DNA of 57,664 nucleotides from the NCBI GenBank assembly GCA_900551415.1, contig URWB01000001.1:1-57664 (forward strand), given 5' to 3'. Origin of the DNA: an uncultured Eubacteriales bacterium. GTDB taxonomy: Bacteria > Bacillota > Clostridia > Peptostreptococcales > Anaerovoracaceae. How positions within the stretch are numbered: the stretch's first letter is position 1; each line of letters starts with the position of its first letter. This document shows positions 50,621 to 57,664 of the stretch, one piece after another. The notes under the pieces were generated by a model that was not told where the DNA came from, did not search any database, and was given only the letters and a program-made list of their open reading frames with translations. The position numbers were made by a program, and so were the translations under genes.

Positions 50621-51382
50621 ATGAGAGTCGCGATTGTAGACGATGATAAGCGCGAACAGAAGAAGCTGGAAGAAAAACTGGAGATTGTCAGCGACATTCT
50701 GCATGTGCGGATCCTCCATCAAAAGTTCAGTTCGGGTGAAGAATTCCTGGCGGCAGTAAAAAAAGGAGAGATCTTTGATGTCGTGTTGATGGATATTTAT
50801 ATGCGGGAAGGCTTAAGCGGCATTGAAACCGCAGCGCTCATGCGGCAAAACACCATGAATAATATCCTGATCTTTGTGACCTCCAGCGATGAGCATATGG
50901 CAGAAGCCTTTCCATACCATCCGTTCGACTATATTACCAAACCGATCGCGGACGGTGAGATTCTGCGCGTGATGAGAGATGTGGCGAAAGTCCTTTCGGA
51001 AATCGAAAGCTATCTTGCGCTCGACGCGGGGAAGTACACCATCTATTTTTTACACTCCGAAATCCTGTACATTACGGCGGACGCGAATTATTGCGTGGTG
51101 CATGCCAAAGAGGAAACCTGCAGGGTACGGATCACCTTCCAGAAGTTTGAGGAAATGCTGGCGGAGGATACGCGCTTCTGCACGATCAACCGCGGGATTC
51201 TGGTGAACCTGGATGAGATCACTTCCATGCAGAATGGCATCTGCAGGATCAGCAACGGAGAAACTTTTCCGATCAACGCGCGCAGAAAGAGTGAGATCCA
51301 AGACGTTTTTACAAAATACCGGTTTATGCAAAGGCGGAAAAGGCTGGCTCAAATGCCGCAGGCACCGCTTGAAGAATCCTGA
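50621..51382 (+). CDS. LytTR-family response regulator
   Basis: AIVDDD, LMDIYM, FVTS, YITKP receiver domain; C-terminal LytTR domain (INRGILVNL). Confidence 0.92.
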   Translation: MRVAIVDDDKREQKKLEEKLEIVSDILHVRILHQKFSSGEEFLAAVKKGEIFDVVLMDIYMREGLSGIETAALMRQNTMNNILIFVTSSDEHMAEAFPYHPFDYITKPIADGEILRVMRDVAKVLSEIESYLALDAGKYTIYFLHSEILYITADANYCVVHAKEETCRVRITFQKFEEMLAEDTRFCTINRGILVNLDEITSMQNGICRISNGETFPINARRKSEIQDVFTKYRFMQRRKRLAQMPQAPLEES

Positions 51383-51400
51383 AGAAAGGCAGAAATCGCG

Positions 51401-52774
51401 ATGCACCTATATGAATTTTTCATGGCGGCTGTGGAGAATGCCGTAATTCTGCCGGTTGCGGTATTGATGCTGGCGCCTGTCAAAAACCATATCACGTTCC
51501 AAAAACGAAATTTTTATCCTGCCGCGTTGCTGACACTCGTGTTTACCGTACTGGCATTGGCCGCGCTGGAAACGTACCGGAACCGGTTCAGCGCTTTGGC
51601 TGTATGGGTAGTTCTGCTGATTATGCTGTTGTGCTGTTTCAGCATGATATCTCTGCAGCGGCATAAGCTCATGTATGTGTTTGCCTCGGCCGCGGCACTC
51701 GTCTCTTTCACCCATTTGGGAAAGATTCTGTTCGAGGCGTGGCTGTTTCCGGAAAAGGACAGCTTCATGCCGACGACTTGGGGACTTGTGTTTCAATGGG
51801 CGCTGCTTTTGCCGATGACAGCGGCGGCGTGGTTTTTTTTACATAAGAATTTTGTCTGGATCGCGGAACACTCCGAGAGTAAAAAAATCTGGAGATACGC
51901 GTGGATCCCATCGGCGGCGATCGCGGTCTGCGATACGCTGTTGGTTCCGACGAGCTACGAGGTGCTGCATTCCCGCGAGGTCAGGATCACACTGATAGCC
52001 GCGGCGCTCCTGCGCCTGCTCTTGTTTGTGCTTTTGCAGCTGATCTTTTATCAGGTGCTGCGCGCGGCGCTGGAAAAAATCGAAATCAACAAAAAGAATC
52101 TCGTACTGCAGCTGCAGGCACAGCAGTACAGGACACTGCGGACCTATTTGGACCGCACGCGGCAGATGCGGCATGACTACAAGCACGTCGTCCGCACTGT
52201 GCAGGAGCTTCGCAAGAGAGGTGACTATGACGGGATCGGCCGGTTTCTGGAAGAATATGAAGCTGTCTCGGCTTTTGGGGAGGAGCAGTTTTCCTTTTGC
52301 GCGCAGGCGTCGGTCAACGCTGTACTGAGCCACTATATCAATCTGGCGCGGCAACGGCAGATTCGGACAAAATGCGTGGTCAGCCTGCCGGAAGCGCTGA
52401 CCGTCAGCGAGGTGGATCTGTCGCTGATCCTCGGCAATCTTTTGGAGAACGCGATCAACGGCTGCATGACCGTACCCTCGTCGGAACGACATCTGGAGCT
52501 TTCGATTGATGTAACGGAAGACGCGGAGCTGTATCTTGTGATCCGCAATTCCTTCGATGGGATTGTTCAAAGGAGAGAGAATCGTTTTGTCCGCGCGCAT
52601 GGCGGAGAAGAGGCTGAACGCGGTATCGGGATTTTTTCGGTGAAGGAAACCGCGGCGAAATATGACGGCATGACGGAATTTGACGCAGAGGGAAAAGAAT
52701 TCTGCGCCTGCGTAATGCTGCGGACGCCAAAGAACGAAGGCGAAGACGATGACGCTCAGCGTCCGGACCTATGA
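51401..52774 (+). CDS. Membrane sensor histidine kinase (AgrC-like GHKL)
   Basis: Multiple TMs, MRHDYK H-box, GNLLENAING, GIGIFSV. Confidence 0.9.
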   Translation: MHLYEFFMAAVENAVILPVAVLMLAPVKNHITFQKRNFYPAALLTLVFTVLALAALETYRNRFSALAVWVVLLIMLLCCFSMISLQRHKLMYVFASAAALVSFTHLGKILFEAWLFPEKDSFMPTTWGLVFQWALLLPMTAAAWFFLHKNFVWIAEHSESKKIWRYAWIPSAAIAVCDTLLVPTSYEVLHSREVRITLIAAALLRLLLFVLLQLIFYQVLRAALEKIEINKKNLVLQLQAQQYRTLRTYLDRTRQMRHDYKHVVRTVQELRKRGDYDGIGRFLEEYEAVSAFGEEQFSFCAQASVNAVLSHYINLARQRQIRTKCVVSLPEALTVSEVDLSLILGNLLENAINGCMTVPSSERHLELSIDVTEDAELYLVIRNSFDGIVQRRENRFVRAHGGEEAERGIGIFSVKETAAKYDGMTEFDAEGKEFCACVMLRTPKNEGEDDDAQRPDL

Positions 52775-52895
52775 CCTTGGCGCTGCGAGTGGCAAGCGGA
52801 ACGCGCAGGCAGAGCAGACGCAAGTCAGGTGTCCGAGCGAAGGAAGCGGCGAGCCGAAAGGCGAAGACGATGACGCTCAGCGTCCGGACCTATGA
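52737..52895 (+). repeat. 38-bp exact direct repeat duplicating the kinase 3' end
   Basis: AAGGCGAAGACGATGACGCTCAGCGTCCGGACCTATGA at 52737-52774 and 52858-52895. Confidence 0.9.
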
Positions 52896-52922
52896 TGAAA
52901 TACGGAAGGAGATGTGAGAGGT

Positions 52923-53300
52923 ATGGGAGTTGCTGTACTTACTTCAAAAATCAATGATTCAACCGCGATATGCCGGAAACTGCTTGAGGAGACACTGAAA
53001 CAGCGAAGATATTCGGAATATGTAGAGTTTGCGGATACGGTCGGCCTTTTGCAGTCACTCGATTGCTGCCGTTACGGTACGGTCATTTTGCGCGATGATA
53101 TTTCGCACATGCTGGAAACCGCGCAGAAGATCAGAAGCAAGCATCCCAAGACACGCATTGTGTTTCTGACAGACCATGACGAGCTCCACGCGCGGGACTG
53201 CGGCATGCCCGCTGATTTTTGCGCGCCGGCCTATCCGGACGCGAATCAGATTACGCGTCTGATTGAAAATCTTTTTGTGAAAGAAACCGCAGCTAACTAA
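52923..53300 (+). CDS. Hypothetical protein, degenerate receiver-like domain
   Basis: LETAQKIRSKHPKTRIVFLTD resembles receiver alpha3-beta4; GAGG SD. Confidence 0.55.
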   Translation: MGVAVLTSKINDSTAICRKLLEETLKQRRYSEYVEFADTVGLLQSLDCCRYGTVILRDDISHMLETAQKIRSKHPKTRIVFLTDHDELHARDCGMPADFCAPAYPDANQITRLIENLFVKETAAN

Positions 53301-53565
53301 ATCGCTTGCGATCAACTGCAATACACATGTTTCAATTTTCTTTTTTTGCACACCCCCGCGGCCGACAAACGAAGGCCGCGGGGCTGCTCTTTTATGGGGT
53401 TTTTTCAGCCCCACGGAGTGTCCCCATTTTTGCCAGCCCCCCACGAAAGTTTGGTTACCCCTTTTATGCCGCAAAAATATTTGCGCAGAGGCAGGAAATG
53501 TGGTAGAATAACTTTAAAACCGTGGCACTGCGGCGAAATTACAAGAAGCACAGAAAGGACGCGAA

Positions 53566-54987
53566 ATGAAAGCGGAGTATCTGAACAAGATTATAGAAGC
53601 GTTGATTGAGCTGATTGACGAGGGCGTATACATCGTCGATCAGGACGGTGTCGGCAAATTCTACAACAAAGCGATGGCATCGATGGAAAAGGTCAATATT
53701 GAGGACGTACTGGGAAAGAAGTTCCACGAAGCTTTTCCTGATTTTAGTCTGAGCGAGAGCACGATGTTCGAAGCACTCAAAAAAAACAATCCGACTCTTC
53801 GCAAGCAGCAGACCTACAAAAATCTCTACGGCAAGGAGATTACAACGATCAACAGCACGATTCCCATCATTGCGGATGGCAAAACGGTTGCCGCGGTGGA
53901 AGTTGCCAAGGATATCACCAATATTCGGAAGATGTCGGATACCTTGTTGGAGTTGACGGAGGGCAAGCGCGAACCGCGCACCGAAGAGGATGAAGCGCAG
54001 CCTGTCGGCATCAAACGCTATACCTTTGACGACATTTACGGTGAAAATCAGGTCTTTCGGCAGGTCATTACCCGAGCGAAGAAGGCCGCGCTGAACGATG
54101 CTTCGGTCTTTATCTACGGCGAAACCGGAACCGGTAAGGAATTGCTGGCACAGAGCATTCACCATGCGGGCAAGCGTAAGGACAGACCTTTTTTGGCGCA
54201 GAACTGCGCGGCGATTCCGGAAACACTGCTGGAAGGCATTCTGTTCGGTACGACGAAGGGGGCCTTCACCGGCGCGGTCGATCGCGCGGGGCTCTTTGAG
54301 CAGGCAAGTGGGGGAACTCTGCTACTGGACGAGATCAGCGCGATGCCGTATGACCTGCAAAGCAAGCTGCTGCGTGTCTTACAGGAAAACTATATTCGCC
54401 GCGTTGGCGGCACGAAGGATATCCCGGTGCGGGCGCGCATCATCGCGACGGTTAACGAACCGCCGGAGGAATTGATGGCGCAAGGGAAGCTGCGAAAGGA
54501 CCTTTATTATCGTTTGAATGTCGTGAACCTCTGGATTCCGGCCCTGCGTGAGCGGCCGGACGATATTCCTGTGCTTGCGGAAGCTTTTCTCCATAAGCAC
54601 AACAAGCGATTCGGCAAGCAGCTCTGGGCAATCTCGGAGGAAGCAATTGTAAAATTAAAGCAGTATGATTACCCGGGCAATGCGCGAGAACTGGAAAATC
54701 TGATTGAGCAGGCAGTATCCATGGCCGACAAGGAACATGTTTTGAGCGATAAGATGTTGGCAATGCCGAGTTTCGGGCGGCGCGCGCATCTGGCGGAGCA
54801 GCTTCCTGAGCGCAGCTATGACGCGGAATGTTCTCTGCCGGACTATCTCGCAGAGGTGGAAATACGGATTATCCGCGAAGCCATCATCAACGCGGAGGGA
54901 AACATCTCAAAGGCGGCGGAGACTTTGCAGATCAAGCGGCAAACTCTGCAGCATAAATTAAAAAAATATCACATCAGCGTGCTTTGA
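53566..54987 (+). CDS. PAS-domain sigma-54 enhancer-binding protein (RocR-like)
   Basis: N-terminal PAS, GETGTGKE, GAFTGA, LLLDEI, RKDLYYRL, Fis-type HTH. Confidence 0.9.
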   Translation: MKAEYLNKIIEALIELIDEGVYIVDQDGVGKFYNKAMASMEKVNIEDVLGKKFHEAFPDFSLSESTMFEALKKNNPTLRKQQTYKNLYGKEITTINSTIPIIADGKTVAAVEVAKDITNIRKMSDTLLELTEGKREPRTEEDEAQPVGIKRYTFDDIYGENQVFRQVITRAKKAALNDASVFIYGETGTGKELLAQSIHHAGKRKDRPFLAQNCAAIPETLLEGILFGTTKGAFTGAVDRAGLFEQASGGTLLLDEISAMPYDLQSKLLRVLQENYIRRVGGTKDIPVRARIIATVNEPPEELMAQGKLRKDLYYRLNVVNLWIPALRERPDDIPVLAEAFLHKHNKRFGKQLWAISEEAIVKLKQYDYPGNARELENLIEQAVSMADKEHVLSDKMLAMPSFGRRAHLAEQLPERSYDAECSLPDYLAEVEIRIIREAIINAEGNISKAAETLQIKRQTLQHKLKKYHISVL

Positions 54988-55064
54988 GAGGTCGCACGAG
55001 CGGAGGAGGTCGTGCGAAGCAGAAGGCGAGATGCCGATACAGCAGGGCGATAGGGAGGACGAAC

Positions 55065-55547
55065 ATGAAAGCAAAATTAGAAAAAACCAACGCGATGCGA
55101 AAATTGGACGCGATGAAGATAAAGTACAACGAACATACCTATACCGATACGGACGCCATCAGCGGCGTGGAGGTCGCGGCGGTGCTCGGGCAGGAGCCGG
55201 ACAAGGTGTTTAAGACCCTGGTTACGCAAGGTAAATCCAAGAACTATTATGTATTCATGGTTCCGGTGGCGGAGGAACTGGATTTGAAAAAAGCCGCCAA
55301 GGCGGTCGGCGAAAAGTCGGTTGAAATGGTCAAATCCAAAGAGCTGCTGCCGCTGACCGGCTATGTGCATGGCGGATGCAGCCCGATCGGTATGAAAAAG
55401 TTTTTTACGACGACGATTCACGAAACCGCGCCGCTGTATGATACGATTTTTTTTAGCGGCGGCCGGATTGGATTCCAGATCGAGCTGCCGTTTGCGGATC
55501 TCGAAAAGGTGATTCGCGTGCAGCGCGCGGATATCATCAAGGACTGA
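55065..55547 (+). CDS. ybaK: Cys-tRNA(Pro) deacylase
   Basis: KTNAMRKL, VFKTLV, LDLKK.AK, TGYVHGGCSPIGMKK, SGGRIG. Confidence 0.92.
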   Translation: MKAKLEKTNAMRKLDAMKIKYNEHTYTDTDAISGVEVAAVLGQEPDKVFKTLVTQGKSKNYYVFMVPVAEELDLKKAAKAVGEKSVEMVKSKELLPLTGYVHGGCSPIGMKKFFTTTIHETAPLYDTIFFSGGRIGFQIELPFADLEKVIRVQRADIIKD

Positions 55548-55566
55548 CAGCGCGGGGCGTCGCGGC

Positions 55567-55780
55567 GAAGAGCGGCTGCAGATCGGCGGCCAGTGCCCGA
55601 GCTATCGTCAGGGCATGACGTCATGATGTCGTGGCACAGTCGTGAAGCGCGCTTGCAGATCGGCGGCCAGCGTCCGAGCTATTGTCAGGGCATGACGTCA
55701 TGATGTCTCGGCACAGTCGTGAAGAGTGCTTGCAGACCGGCGACAAGCGTCCAAGTTATTGTCAGGGCATGACGGCATGG
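55567..55780 (+). repeat. 77-bp tandem repeat (~2.7 copies)
   Basis: GCAGAYCGGCG unit starts at 55578, 55655 and 55732; contains the palindrome CATGACGTCATG. Confidence 0.9.
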
Positions 55781-55896
55781 AGGCGGAAGGGCAGGGGTGA
55801 ACCGCGGACAAAAAACAGAGTTTTGCATTGCTTCTCACGTCCGATGTCCCACTTCACCCCTTTTCCCTCAAAAAGATGTCATGTGTACGCAATGAA

Positions 55897-55929
55897 AAGC
55901 GGCAGTCCCTAAAAAGGCTGCCGCTTCTT
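55897..55929. terminator. Hairpin between convergent ybaK and the peptidase gene
   Basis: AAGCGGCAGTC...GGCTGCCGCTT. Confidence 0.55.
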
Positions 55930-56072
55930 GTATGGAAACTGTTTTATAAACTAAAATATTGAAATAATCTTTGTGATACTAGACAAATATCCGGAAAAAA
56001 GATGAAAATGGGTGCCGGACTTGCCTGTGCGTGCAGGAAAATTCGCGCCAATATGACATCTTTTTGCGAACT

Positions 56073-56181
56073 TTTGGTCAAAGTGGGAAGTTTGACGTGT
56101 CCTGAACACTCTTCGAACGCTCTTCAATTGCGTTGGTGTTCTAAAAAGATCTCTTTGGTCAAAGTGGGAAGTTTGACGTGT
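56073..56181 (+). repeat. 28-bp direct repeat, two copies
   Basis: TTTGGTCAAAGTGGGAAGTTTGACGTGT at 56073 and 56154. Confidence 0.85.
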
Positions 56182-56201
56182 TTTGAACTCTGCGCCGGTG
56201 T

Positions 56202-56993
56202 CTATCTGCCGAGGTATTCCTCCAGCGTGATGCCCTGCTCCATGATTTCGGTCGCTGCCTCAACACCGACATAACGCAGATGCCAAGGCTCGTAAGCGTA
56301 GCCTGTAATATCGGTTTTTCCTTTCGGGTAACGGATGATGAAGCCGTATTCGTGGCAGTGGTCGTTGATCCACTTGCCGTCCGGATAATCCGCGAAGTCC
56401 TGCTTCAGCCCCCAGCCCATGGACTTGGAGGTGATGTCGATCGCGTAGCCGGTATGGTGCTCGCTGCGTCCGGCGCGCGCGGAACGGATGTTGGCTGTCT
56501 TGCGTCCCTTAGTCTTGACCGCGTTGGCATACAAAGTCTTTTGTGTGCTGTAGGTGCGGTAGGCAGAGCAGACCTTGAGAGAAAAGCCTTTTTTCTTGGC
56601 AGCGCGGTACAGCTTCAGGTAAGCGTCGTATGCGTCGGATTTCATCTCTAAATTCTGCCAGGTCGTCAGCTTGTTGTCCATCACGACCATATCGGTCGGC
56701 TTGTAGTTCTTGCTGACGGCATGGAGCTTGTTGACCAGCACAAAGAGGTCGCCGTCATCCTTTTTGAGCCTGTCGAGAACCTCGGGGATGCCGCGCATGT
56801 TGAAGTCCTCCCAAGGCGCTTCCGGATTTGTGACGGTCGTCTTTTTCTTTTTAGCTGCCGTCTGCACGATCTCGCCGCTTGCGCTGCCTGCAGCTGCCGG
56901 TTCTGCAGGCTGTGTCTGTGCGTTTGCAGGCTGCTGTGTCGAGACATCAGCAGTTTGCGGGCTGTTATCGCTGCTGGCCGCACACGCCGGAAA
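56202..56993 (-). CDS. M15B (VanY-like) D-Ala-D-Ala carboxypeptidase lipoprotein, 5'-truncated
   Basis: LVNK, SAYR, SEHHTG.AID, EPWHLRYVG; the frame stays open upstream of 56867 through a P/Q/A linker to ...FPAC, then hits a stop with no signal peptide or start codon. Confidence 0.85.
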   Translation of the reverse strand, partial: FPACAASSDNSPQTADVSTQQPANAQTQPAEPAAAGSASGEIVQTAAKKKKTTVTNPEAPWEDFNMRGIPEVLDRLKKDDGDLFVLVNKLHAVSKNYKPTDMVVMDNKLTTWQNLEMKSDAYDAYLKLYRAAKKKGFSLKVCSAYRTYSTQKTLYANAVKTKGRKTANIRSARAGRSEHHTGYAIDITSKSMGWGLKQDFADYPDGKWINDHCHEYGFIIRYPKGKTDITGYAYEPWHLRYVGVEAATEIMEQGITLEEYLGR

Positions 56994-57205
56994 ACGTTCT
57001 TAATCACATTACGGGAAGGAGAAAGGTCTGACAAAATAAAATGTTTTTATCATCTTTTACAGTAAAAAAGCGGGTTACTGTCAGAAGAAAATAATATCTT
57101 TGTTTAGGTAAAAACAGAGACGTAATTTTTTGTTAGCCGACAAGGTAATGACAGCCGTTTCTTTTACCAGAAGCCACAAGAAACTTCGAGTACATAATTA
57201 AAAAG

Positions 57206-57664
57206 ATGAAACATTTTATCATAGCTATCATACTTTTCTTCGGTATCTCCTCCATGCATATCTATTCTGCTGAGACAGCCACAGTAGAAATTCCCGATAT
57301 GGAGAAAATAGAAAATGCCGTCCGAGATAGCCGCTCGCCCTATTATTATCCCGACCTAATGAAAAAATACCTCGGCAACGACACGACAATGACGTTGCAG
57401 GATTTCAGACATTTATACTTGGGATATGCCAGCCAAGAAGATTATAATCCTTATCGCACAGTCGAGATTCCCGAAAGGATAGAAAAACTTTATGCTCAGA
57501 CCGTTCATACCGAATCGGAATGTGATTCGCTTATCAAATACGCGCGAATCGCCTTATCCGATATACCTTTCGATTTACGACAAATAAATTTCTTGATCTA
57601 CGGACTTCGACAAAAAGGAGAGACAGAAGAAGCCAACCTATGGGAATACCGGCTGAAAGGTATC
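57206..57664 (+). CDS. Exported protein resembling Bacteroidales DUF4919 (partial, runs off the window)
   Basis: MKHFIIAIILFFG...SPYYYPDLMKKY...DTTMTLQDFRHLYLGYASQEDYNPY; no SD, A-rich leader, TATCTTTG upstream. Confidence 0.65.
   Translation, partial: MKHFIIAIILFFGISSMHIYSAETATVEIPDMEKIENAVRDSRSPYYYPDLMKKYLGNDTTMTLQDFRHLYLGYASQEDYNPYRTVEIPERIEKLYAQTVHTESECDSLIKYARIALSDIPFDLRQINFLIYGLRQKGETEEANLWEYRLKGI

Noticed and set aside
56073..56181. 28-bp repeat pair as a mini-CRISPR
   Set aside because: Only two copies with a 53-bp gap, similarity extends beyond the repeat, and there are no cas genes.
56202..56867. VanY-like gene as part of a vancomycin-resistance cluster
   Set aside because: No vanHAX or vanRS nearby; M15B carboxypeptidases are common housekeeping enzymes.

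Overview
About 57 kb of core chromosome from a GC-moderate anaerobic Clostridia/Eubacteriales bacterium, probably an amino-acid fermenter. In order it carries proC, an ExoIII/Xth gene, tRNA-Pro(CGG), rpoB-rpoC, a monomeric [FeFe]-hydrogenase, rpsL-rpsG-fusA-tuf, a complete group II intron, an AAA/DUF4143 ATPase, a TetR plus TIGR00300/ornithine-cyclodeaminase-like gene, a PLP decarboxylase, rnfCDGEAB with an adjacent ApbE/NusG-II/Gx cluster, several regulators, a sirtuin-SurE-isochorismatase operon, thiolase, NhaC, a LytTR/GHKL pair, a RocR-like sigma-54 activator, ybaK and a 5'-truncated VanY-like peptidase. The most striking observations are: (1) the group II intron (17990-19870) sits inside the Shine-Dalgarno sequence of the ATPase gene, its predicted EBS1 is an anti-SD, and splicing would rebuild AGGAGG-N8-ATG; (2) an unnamed ~120-bp dispersed repeat with three covarying hairpins occurs five times; (3) a MocR-family regulator lacks its PLP-binding lysine; (4) two near-identical 56-bp IS200/IS605-end-like mini-elements are present; (5) a MerR-type 19-bp-spacer promoter points at a secreted transglutaminase-like gene. 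The last ~670 bp look Bacteroidales-derived and are probably a contig join or chimera. All family assignments come from motif recognition by eye; no searches were run.
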